Below are positions 50,700 to 61,385 of a stretch of 64,000 nucleotides of DNA, one piece after another. The stretch comes from Rhynchobatus australiae (Eukaryota): NCBI GenBank assembly GCA_034780895.1, contig JAUZTB010000002.1:93445366-93509365 (forward strand), written 5' to 3'. Each line of letters opens with the position of its first letter. Position 1 is the first letter of the stretch. The notes under the pieces are model-generated. The model had not been told where the DNA came from. It worked only from the letters and a program-made list of their open reading frames with translations, and ran no database searches. A program made the translations under genes and the position numbers.

Positions 50700-51025
50700 T
50701 TTTTTTAATATCCTCAGGACATCCCAATGAAGCATTTTCGATCATAATCACTGGAGGCTAACTTGAGCACAAAGTCCCACCAACAGTAATGAGCTTTATG
50801 ACCAATTATTCTATTTGGTACTGTTTGTTAAATGATTAAATGTTAGCCTGGACATTGGGAGAACCTCCTCGAACAGCTATCATGGGTTCATGAAATCTTA
50901 AAGGCTCATTCAAGAGACATCATTCATGGCAGGTGAACACTCCTGAATTGTGCTCAATTCTCAAGAGTGGGACTTCAACTCATGACCTCCTAACTCAGAC
51001 AACAAATTTCCATTGAACTAAGGAC
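50700..51025 (-). mobile_element. Deu-domain SINE (SacSINE1-like)
   Basis: gcctggacattgggagaacctcc...ttgtgctcaattctcaagagtgggacttcaactcatgacctcctaactcaga. Confidence 0.7.
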
Positions 51026-52192
51026 AACACCAAATAAATTTATAAAAATATTGCTATAATCTTGTGAGATGTTGCCTGTGTATCACAGTTTAAACAGAAC
51101 TATTGATGACTGGGACTAATAGAGCTAATGAGGTCAAATGGGAAGACACAACATAAATAAAAGCCTTCTTAATATCAAGTACAATTTGTACATCCTGCAT
51201 AAAGTAATTAATTGATTTAATTCATACCACAAAAGTCAAGCTATAAACTCAGAAGGATTCAAATGATAAAGCATGAACAAAACTTAAAATATTGTCCTAA
51301 AATCATCCAAACCCAGAAAGCATGAAGCACACCAAAAACAATTACTCCAGAAGCTAATGTAGACTGAGTTTTGGGGATAGATATTTTTTCATGTATATTT
51401 CTTGGCAATTTGAACTATTTTACTGCACAATATCAAGTGTTCACAACTATTACATCTCAAAGGAACACAGTACATTGCTGAAATATCCTTTCAGCAAAAA
51501 TTAGGATAAAATTGCAACCACGGACAGCTATTGTGTTAATGCTGTCACATGACAAACAGATACCAATGGAAGTAATTCCATATTAGTTCTGCAAAGTTAG
51601 TTAACTTTTGTAAAATTAATTATGCTATCACAAAAAATGGTGATTCTGTTTTACTGCAAGCAAAACAGCAAAAGACTGGTCTCATTAATGCTTTTAAACA
51701 GGTAAATGAATTTTTCGAACTTTTTGGTGAACAGAAGATTGCGCTCCTGAAAAGTGCACATTTGCAACTTTCCTTATCTAAAATCTCTAATTTGATGGCT
51801 CATTATTCAGAAACTACAGTGAGTTTTTTCTGTCTGAACTATAACAATTAATCTATGTGTTTGTGGCTACACTTTTCAATACGATCAAATAAAATATTAA
51901 CCTGGTCAATAATATACTTTAAAGCAATTCACAAATAGTGTAAGGGAATTTCTGAATGGTCATGTAGCTTAACAGTATATTCCTTCGTTTCCCCGCTCCC
52001 CCCCCCCACCCCATGGTTCAATGCAAACACCACAGTCGCATTACTATCCTTCTAAGCCACAGGATTNNNNNNNNNNNNNNNNNNNNNNNNNNNNNNNNNN
52101 NNNNNNNNNNNNNNNNNNNNNNNNNNNNNNNNNNNNNNNNNNNNNNNNNNNNNNNNNNNNNNNNNNGGATTTCCTTAGGTTATGTCACTTAC

Positions 52193-52226
52193 CACATTCC
52201 CCAAATGAATGAATCTGCAATATCCT
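52193..52226 (-). CDS. Internal exon (34 nt, phase 2-0)
   Basis: acttcctctgtgtgtcatag|A...GTG|gtaagt (consensus donor); GYCRFIHLGNV. Confidence 0.7.
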
Positions 52227-53011
52227 CTATGACACACAGAGGAAGTACTGAGAAACCCACGATTAAGACAACAGGAACCACATGGAGAAACCAAGCTGAA
52301 ATAATGATTAAGCTAGTTCTAGTGCTTCCACTTCCTGCACCACAAATAGAACTAACGTCTGTTAAATATTCTCATTTTTCAGTATCAATAAAGTTGTGTA
52401 ATATAACAAAAAAGTGCATTTATCCTCCAGAGCTGAGAATATATTGAGTGGATACACAGCTCAAAAGAATAACATCTATATCTGTTTTAAAGGACGAAGG
52501 ATTAGAAGAAAAAGCAAAAGCTGAGGTAAGAAAATATTGCACAAAATATATAGAAATGTGAAAGAAAGCAATGGCTTGAGAATAATAGGACACAGATCAT
52601 CCAAAACAGGTTGCGGTTTTGGTCCATTTTCCTTTTGAAAGGCACAGAGTAAAATTAGAATCCTCTATAAAAAGTTTTACAGCAGTGGAATATAAATCAT
52701 CAGAAGAACACATTTGTTAAGTTTTTTTAATTCAAGGTTATAAAAGTTGAGATCTCTTTCAACTTAAAAATAACCAAGTTGATATTGCCAACTTATGGCA
52801 TTACAAACATTGAACTTGCCCTTCACAGTAGGAGTAATGGGAGTAAGAAATAAGGATGGCTAATTTTAAGCAGTGTTCCAGTTAGGATCAAGGAAATAAG
52901 AATCAGCCAGTAATAAAACAGAGCTACAAAGCTGCCAACATATTTATTTTCATGTTGTTTTATCTTCATGTTCAATAATCAAGACCAAATATAGTTTATG
53001 GATCTCAATAC

Positions 53012-53199
53012 CTTACTGCCCTTACAAGATTTCTTGGTAGCGTATTTAATACTACTTGAATGGGAGATTTACCCAAACTGTTCAATGAATTTAAACAATA
53101 CAAAGTATAATGTTATTTTACTCTTGCTTAAGGTTTTTAATAACCCATCAAGTATAATTGTTTCACTCTCCGCATCTCCTCCATTAATATGAGGTGATC
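53012..53199 (-). CDS. Upstream coding exon region, boundaries ambiguous
   Basis: Either 53073-53199 (SPHINGGDAESETIILDGLLKTLSKSKITLYFVLFKFIEQF, GG|gtaaat) or 53012-53077 (LGKSPIQVVLNTLPRNLVRAV, AG|gtattg); both end in phase 2 as the next exon requires. Confidence 0.5.
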
Positions 53200-54047
53200 C
53201 TTTTTAAAATACAACAGAAGTGGGAAGTGAGATAGGATAGGTAAATACAAGTAACTTCAAAGGGAATGCAAAAGCTTAAATACAAAAACTATTAGAAATA
53301 ATTAGAAAATCAAAAAACAATTTCTGGTTTCTAATTTGCATTTTCTAAATACTAATCCATGTTAAAAGGTGAATGCAGTTTTTGATAAAGCAATGACCTC
53401 ATCTGTTTAATCCTTTTCAAAATCTCAAAACCATTATGTATAATTCATAGCAAAACCAACTGCTCCNNNNNNNNNNNNNNNNNNNNNNNNNNNNNNNNNN
53501 NNNNNNNNNNNNNNNNNNNNNNNNNNNNNNNNNNNNNNNNNNNNNNNNNNNNNNNNNNNNNNNNNNNNNNNNNNNNNNNNNNNNNNNNNNNNNNNNNNNN
53601 NNNNNNNNNNNNNNNNNNNNNNNNNNNNNNNNNNNNNNNNNNNNNNNNNNNNNNNNNNNNNNNNNNNNNNNNNNNNNNNNNNNNNNNNNNNNNNNNNNNN
53701 NNNNNNNNNNNNNNNNNNNNNNNNNNNNNNNNNNNNNNNNNNNNNNNNNNNNNNNNNNNNNNNNNNNNNNNNNNNNNNNNNNNNNNNNNNNNNNNNNNNN
53801 NNNNNNNNNNNNNNNNNNNNNNNNNNNNNNNNNNNNNNNNNNNNNNNNNNNNNNNNNNNNNNNNNNNNNNNNNNNNNNNNNNNNNNNNNNNNNNNNNNNN
53901 NNNNNNNNNNNNNNNNNNNNNNNNNNNNNNNNNNNNNNNNNNNNNNNNNNNNNNNNNNNNNNNNNNNNNNNNNNNNNNNNNNNNNNNNNNNNNNNNNNNN
54001 NNNNNNNNNNNNNNNNNNNNNNNNNNNNNNNNNNNNNNNNNNNNNNN

Positions 54048-54343
54048 CCAGGGCGACAATGGCTAACATGCGGGGACATAATTTTAAGGTGATTGTAGGA
54101 AGGTATAAGGGGGATGTCAGAGGTAAGTGTTTTTTTTTAAACAGAGAGTGGTGGGTGTGTGGAACGCACTGCCAGCAAAGGTTGTGGGGGCAGATATTAG
54201 GGACATTTGAGAGACTCTTATGTAGACACATGAATGATAGAAAGATAGGGGCTATGTGGGAGGGAAGGGTTATATAGACCTTAGAGTAGGATAAAATGTC
54301 ATCACAACATTGTAGGCCGAAGGGCCTGTAGTGTTCTATGTTC
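54048..54343 (+). mobile_element. Young CR1 3' end adjoining a gap
   Basis: MANMRGHNFKVIVGRYKGDVRGK..; near reverse complement of 22890-23190. Confidence 0.92.
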
Positions 54344-54419
54344 TTCCCCACCCCAACCAAAAGTCTCACTGAACCAGCTCAAGACATGGGCAAGGAAACT
54401 TCCTTCTGATTACCACTTA

Positions 54420-54913
54420 TTTCCCTCCCAGAGCTTACAAATCAATTCTCCTCCATGTTAAACAACACTTGGAAGAACAATTGAAAAAGGCAAGGACACT
54501 GAATGTACTATAGGTGTGGGGCTTCAACACTTATCAGCAAGAGTAGCTTGGCAGTATTTGTACTGACAAAACCGGCCAAGTCTTCAGACTTGATGCCAGA
54601 CTGGGTCTGTGGCAGTACGTCAGAGCACCCTTTCATTACTCTCAAGCCAGGGGATCAAACCTGGTTCAAAGAGAAGTCCAGAAGGGCAAGCTGGGAGTAG
54701 TTCCAGGCACACCTATAAATGAGGTACCAGCACAGTGAAGTGGCAACACTGGATTGCATGCATGCTAAGTAGCAAAAATCATACAGCAGGCAGAACTAAA
54801 CAATCTCACAACCAATGGCGCAGATCAAAGCAATGAATGATGACAATTAAACAACAGGAGGCAGTGGCTCCAAGAACACTTCCATCCTTAATATGAATGC
54901 TAAAGACAAGGTT
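54420..54913 (+). mobile_element. Degenerate L2/CR1-group LINE internal fragment
   Basis: caagccaggggatcaaacctggttcaa (KPGDQTWF), aggaggcagtggctccaagaacacttccatcctt. Confidence 0.55.
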
Positions 54914-55721
54914 NNNNNNNNNNNNNNNNNNNNNNNNNNNNNNNNNNNNNNNNNNNNNNNNNNNNNNNNNNNNNNNNNNNNNNNNNNNNNNNNNNNNNNN
55001 NNNNNNNNNNNNNNNNNNNNNNNNNNNNNNNNNNNNNNNNNNNNNNNNNNNNNNNNNNNNNNNNNNNNNNNNNNNNNNNNNNNNNNNNNNNNNNNNNNNN
55101 NNNNNNNNNNNNNNNNNNNNNNNNNNNNNNNNNNNNNNNNNNNNNNNNNNNNNNNNNNNNNNNNNNNNNNNNNNNNNNNNNNNNNNNNNNNNNNNNNNNN
55201 NNNNNNNNNNNNNNNNNNNNNNNNNNNNNNNNNNNNNNNNNNNNNNNNNNNNNNNNNNNNNNNNNNNNNNNNNNNNNNNNNNNNNNNNNNNNNNNNNNNN
55301 NNNNNNNNNNNNNNNNNNNNNNNNNNNNNNNNNNNNNNNNNNNNNNNNNNNNNNNNNNNNNNNNNNNNNNNNNNNNNNNNNNNNNNNNNNNNNNNNNNNN
55401 NNNNNNNNNNNNNNNNNNNNNNNNNNNNNNNNNNNNNNNNNNNNNNNNNNNNNNNNNNNNNNNNNNNNNNNNNNNNNNNNNNNNNNNNNNNNNNNNNNNN
55501 NNNNNNNNNNNNNNNNNNNNNNNNNNNNNNNNNNNNNNNNNNNNNNNNNNNNNNNNNNNNNNNNNNNNNNNNNNNNNNNNNNNNNNNNNNNNNNNNNNNN
55601 NNNNNNNNNNNNNNNNNNNNNNNNNNNNNNNNNNNNNNNNNNNNNNNNNNNNNNNNNNNNNNNNNNNNNNNNNNNNNNNNNNNNNNNNNNNNNNNNNNNN
55701 NNNNNNNNNNNNTTGGCCAGG

Positions 55722-55815
55722 CCAGGCCAGGATAAAACCTGATTTTCAAAATAGCACCTTGGAATCTTTACATCCATCAGAAAGATTAGACAGGCCTTCA
55801 GTTTCACGACTCATG
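55722..55815 (-). mobile_element. Deu-domain SINE fragment
   Basis: ggccaggataaaacctgattttcaaaatagcaccttggaatctttacatccatc. Confidence 0.55.
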
Positions 55816-57429
55816 CTGCTTTTAATTGTAATTTATTCAACCTGCATAATTGTAAAAGTGATTTGTGCCAATATTTAAATTATAAACCTTTTCATTCGTG
55901 CTGCAACCCAGAAAACATATCTTTATAACACTGTACTAGCACAGTGTGAACTGAGGTTACACAAGCAATCCAAGAAATCTGAAAGTAATGACTTTGAGGG
56001 TTGGGGGAGGAAGGAAAGTAATGAATAGTGTTCATATTATTATTCATTTTCAATCTTATATCATTCTTAAAATCTGTAGGTCTCAAGTAGTCTTTGGGGA
56101 CATTTTATTCAAATTAAATGTTTACCTAAGGAAATACCTCACATTTGTTGTTTTTTTTAGAAAACCATAAGTAGTAGCAGCATTCCAGATATATGATCAT
56201 TGATTATTTACATAGTGGTTCTTATAAAAACTTCCTCTGTGAAATTAAGCCATCAATTCCATCCTTGCACAAATTTGTGAACAGCCATCACTAATGGAAA
56301 ATCCTTTGTGCTAACAGTTGATGCATTTGGAAAGTCCATATTAACTGACTCAATGTGACAAGACTTTTTTTTACTCAAGTACCTAACACCAGTTATAGTA
56401 AAGCAACAGAAGATACTCTATCCTGTTACAGGGTGTCAAGCAGGAGAAATTGGTGAAGGACCCTACAGCTGCTTAAATATCAAACAATGTTGTAGAATCT
56501 TGCACTGTTTCTATAAGAATATCAGAATTATGCACATTAATCAATGCTTTTCAGTACTGCATATCACATCACACTTGTCAAATTATTCATTTAAGTGATT
56601 GATCGTATAGCAAGTACAAGCATAACTCACTCACCCACAGCACTCCCCCCACTCACCCAATCCCACATCCCCCAATGACCTCAGGTACTCAACAGAAACA
56701 CATTAACTGTTCAGACTAAAGGCAGTGAAGAGAGTGAATGACAAAACATTATGTACAAAGTAGAACACAGTAAAAGAGAATCATAAAACACAGAAGGCAA
56801 CAATTTGGCCCATCATATCTATGCCATTTCTTTAAAATTAGCCAATTCTTAAGAGTATTCTAGGTTTTTTGTCTTCCTTTGTCCCCGTCCTACAATTTAC
56901 TCATCTATGCTTTGTCCCTCTCCTTGTCCAAACACAGACCCCAACACTCCAAAACCTCAGACCATTACAGAAAAGCTTTAGCAAAAGTACTTTTGTGTAA
57001 GGAAGAGTAAGGATTTGCCCAGTGATCCACCATTATCAAAACTTCCCAGAAGTACGCAACTTAAGGGTTGTGTTTAGATCATAGTTTACTTTCTATTTTT
57101 CTGAAAAAAAGACTTAAGAATCTCCCTATCATTGTCAAGCAAGTGTATAGGGCCGAATCAGACTGCTCACAATCCTGGTATCAGGTTTTACTCCATAGAA
57201 GCTTCTGACAACCCAGGTGTGCCATCAACATTTTTTTCCACTTCTGCAACGTTGCCTAATACCTCAAGTTGTCTGGCTACCCATGTTATCTTCTTCTGCT
57301 CTAAACCTCATCCAAATCCTATTAACATCATAAATAACTACTAAAATCCATTCACGATCAGTCCCTTAGTCTCAGTAAATGAGATCACTTAAAGTATGCT
57401 GCCCAAGGCTTAATATGCAAACTTATCAG

Positions 57430-57750
57430 CCCTGTACTCTCTGGCCCCAATACAGCTACCATATCTCAGTAATTTGTTCACCCCCCTCATCCCAAGACAC
57501 GTTTATTCTTGAGAATAAGTAGTTTTTAAATCACTTCTTTACTGGTGGCCACGCCTTCAGCTGCCAAGGACCTTAGCTCCGGGATGCCCTCTTTAAAACT
57601 CTCCAATTCCCTACTTGTCTTTATTTCCTTAAGATATTTTACAATGTCCTCTGACCAAATATTTGGACGCTAATATAGGAGTTAACTTTTGTTCTGATAA
57701 TGTTCCTGTGAATCACCTTGTAATGCTTTACTACACCAAAAGGTACAGGC
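57430..57750 (+). mobile_element. L2 LINE 3' end
   Basis: ggtggccacgccttcagctgccaaggaccttagctccgggatgccctc...cctgtgaatcaccttg. Confidence 0.65.
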
Positions 57751-60225
57751 AACAGTCACATTACAGCCATTCAAGTTATGAAAATTTGTCCTTGCACTAT
57801 TCACATCACTACAAGAGTTTGAGATATGAATTAAAATTCACTTTCAGGGAATTTAGGTGGGGAAAAAAGTAAATAAATCAACACCAACTTTTTTTCCCCC
57901 AATTCGTGTTTCTTGACATGTGCACAGATGATGCAGGTTTGCACTATCGAGTATCACCATATGAACTGTTTTATAGGAATGCAACTCCCCACCCCCACCC
58001 TCAGTAATGCAGGGGTTGCCTGTACTTTTGTAAAGACTGGAGTGGCTGATTAAAATCATTGATTATGATGTTCAGTCCTGAACGGCTGTAATGTGATTGG
58101 TCAGAGGATGAGGTACTGTTTTCAAGCATACACTGAAGTTCTCTGAAACCACGCAAGAGGCCAAAGACAGAGAGGTCAGAGTAGAAGTGATACAGAGAGA
58201 AAAAAAATGGCATGTAATTGGAAGCCAAGTGTCACTCATGCAACTAAAATGCTCCAAAAATTCCTGGTCATTTCAAATTAAATACACAATAATTCAGCAA
58301 CATTTCTCTGAAATATTATCCATCAATCACTAATGAGTTGATAATTTACATGCACAATTTGAATGGCCATCAATTAAATATTTACTAGCAGAAATGTCAA
58401 ATTTGCAGACACAGTGACAAGGTCAATTTCCAGTTTCAGCACAAGTCAGACAGAAATCCAACAGAGTACACTGCTCTCTTTGAACTATGGTATTTAAGCA
58501 TCCTTCACAGTCACAGGCAACACTCAGTGTTCTCATTTACTGCTGAAAATTTACCAACTGGAATAAAAGTTCAAAAACATGAATTTATAAAAGGGTTAGA
58601 CTGCCAAACAGAACTAAATGCAAGTACAGCTGCAGGAGCTAAAATGAAGTTTAAAAAATCCTTCCAGTAAAACATGTAGGTTGAGAATTGAGTCAAAAGG
58701 ACCTTAAATTTTCACTAGTACCGCTTCTTGGAAAACAGTACTACCTTCCCATTTACAATGGAAAGCGTAACAACATCAATGACTTAGGTATTCCAGGAAA
58801 GTCCATAATCCCTAGAAATGCACAAAATATGCTCATGGTTACAGAGTGACGCCCACAACAAAACTGAGAAGCTTCAAAATTCATCCTAAGTGATATTGAA
58901 TACAATCCCCATGTCTATGTGCAGTACCGTAAAATTTAATTATTCTATGAAGATGCTAAAATCTCAAGTTGTATGTGTTTGCAACACATTCACAAAACCT
59001 GTGTTTAAACAAATACAGAATACTCAAAATCAACATGTTTCCTTTTTTGGATTTCAACAAAGGCTGTCTTCTGAAGATATTAACCTGTCTTTTAGTATCT
59101 ACAAATATGGTCTGACCTGCTGCTTCCAGTGGAAAAGAGGAATTGATTTGCAAGGGCCCTTTGGGGAGCACAGCCCCATAAACACATGCCTACCTGTAAA
59201 TATGCCACAACTAAATCAACCCTCCATTGGAGACCTCGCAATCCAATATTTGCAACCCTGAACTAGAACATTGCTGATGATGACTGATCAGACATGGTTT
59301 ACTAACGGGGCAAATTGGGGGTCCAGCTTGGATATGGTGAGGTGGTCCTAAGTCGGAGATATAGGAAGCAGCTTTCGTGTGAGCAACTCTGATAAAGTGC
59401 ACTGTTATACCTAGCTAAATTCTAGCAGTATGTTAGATCACCAGTCACTACCTCCTAAGGATTTGAGCTCCTAATCCATTGGTCCATGGCATCTGTCTGA
59501 GACTGAACCAGACCTCTGTCATATTCAACCTCACAATAAACTTCAGACCATATTTGTGTGCCATCACATCAGACACCCATTTCATTATCATCCTACTCCA
59601 GCCTACTTCCTTATCTTTGAGGTAAATAACTACATTTAGGAACAGGCACACTATGTGCCCTGAGCAACACTAAAAATATTTACAAAAGGAATAAGGAAAG
59701 TGCAGCTAGAAGAATGAGATCCTTTTTCATTCTACTGAAACAGATTTGCGCAATCCTCCAGTGAAATCTATGTGAATGTAAAATAAATATAATCCTCCCA
59801 CCTACTTGGGAAGGCACCTGTTTTTCACATGTGTTCACAAATCACAGTGCAACATTTACTCCACTTTTCTGACATTAACTCCTACCATTGAGAACGCAGT
59901 TACTTTCTCTCTTCTGGATTCCCGGCTCAGCCCCTTCCTCTAAATCCTTTTTACATCAGCAGAAAAAAAAGGGACCATCTTCTTCCAGCAATTCAAGTTT
60001 TGAGTTTGTTGCTAGGATAGAGTGCATTGAAGCAATTCCCTCTTTCTCAAAAGAGAGCAATGAGGATTAGAGGCACAGATGGGCCAAGCAGGGCAATGAT
60101 GCATCAGAAATATGCAGTACACCTACACAATAACTGATTCATTCTATAACATTAGAATGTGCTGTGCATTTACTGCTATTCCTTCCTTGGCAACCTTTAT
60201 ATTTTAGTTTTTTTAAAAAAGATAC

Positions 60226-60267
60226 AACAAAAATATCTTAAGATGTCGAGCACTTCTCGGATGAAGC
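60226..60267 (-). CDS. Possible upstream exon (42 nt)
   Basis: Acceptor tttgtttgcggattttag|; CpG-containing; two open frames (FIREVLDILRYFC or LHPRSARHLKIFL); weak donor gtatcttt. Confidence 0.25.
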
Positions 60268-60559
60268 CTAAAATCCGCAAACAAACTTTAACTTGCAAAG
60301 TTCTCCAAAAAAAATGCATGAACTCTGATTGGTCTGTGGTTTTATAGTTAATTATTACGCAATGCAAGTGGAATGACAAACTGACAATCCATCGCTTAGG
60401 AGAGTTGTTCTTAGAAACTCTGATCTATTGGTTCTAATATTAAAACAGTATGTCAGAACATTTTGCTACAATTTAAAATTATGTGCTGCTAAGCTGCAAA
60501 TCACAAATGTCTTCAAATCTGCCTGAAGCAGAGCTCATTTCTCCTATACCCCTCTGCCA

Positions 60560-60800
60560 AAACTGCAGAGGCAAAATTAAATGCAAAAAATGAAAGAAAT
60601 GCTGGAAAAATATTGTCACGAACGGCCAATGAAAATAAATTGAAAATTAAAATCTGAAAAATCGTAATGTTTCAGTTGCAATATCTTTCGTCCCAAGGAG
60701 AACCATCTCTAATGACTTGAAATGTTATATGTGTTTCTCTCTCCATGGATTCTGCCTGCACTGCTGAGTGTTTCCAGCATTGTATGTTTTCGATCCAGAT
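60560..60800. mobile_element. Degenerate head-to-head pLTR-derived element
   Basis: aaagaaatgctggaaaa (-) and cttgaaatgttat...ctgcctgcactgctgagtgtttccagca (+). Confidence 0.55.
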
Positions 60801-60909
60801 ACTATATCCCCTTATCATCAGAACCAAACATTATCTACAAAATGCTAGAATAATGTAAGGCAATCCTTCAACTGATCTATCATGAAAATTTGACACACTT
60901 TCATAGGAT

Positions 60910-61385
60910 GATAGCCACATGCAAGGTGGCCATTTGGCCCTTCATGCCCAGACTGCCTTCTTGAACCAAAAATCCAGGTGGTTCCATTCTCATGCCCACT
61001 TCCTGTAATGCTCCATTTTCTTTTCTTTCAAGCACTAATCAAATTCCCTCTAGAAATGGATCAGTATCTTCCATTGTCAGGGCAGCATATTCCAGATTCC
61101 TTGCTCTCCAAGAACGTTTTTCCTAATATCATCTTCAGTTCTTTTGCCAAACACCTTAAATCCATGCCTTCAGGTTCATGTTCCTTCCACCAAGGGGAAC
61201 ATTTTCTATCTCAACTATTACATCTAAATGCTATCACATCTCCTCTTAACGAGAACAATCCCAAGATCAACAGTCTTTCGTTGTAATACTAAACCCTCAC
61301 CCACGTAACCATTCCAGTAAATCTTTCCCGCATCCTCGCCTAAAATGATGACCATATTACTCCAGCAGTGGCCAAATCAACATTT
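60910..61385 (-). mobile_element. Old CR1 3' fragment
   Basis: aggtggccatttggccc...ggcagcatattccagattc...accattccagtaaatct. Confidence 0.75.

Noticed and set aside
55887-55978. Minus-strand exon candidate after cattactttcag
   Set aside because: All frames hit stops before the best donor; only a weak gtacag donor would rescue it
14694-60225. Global strand bias of intronic CR1 copies
   Set aside because: Both orientations are well represented outside the 19-24 kb cluster
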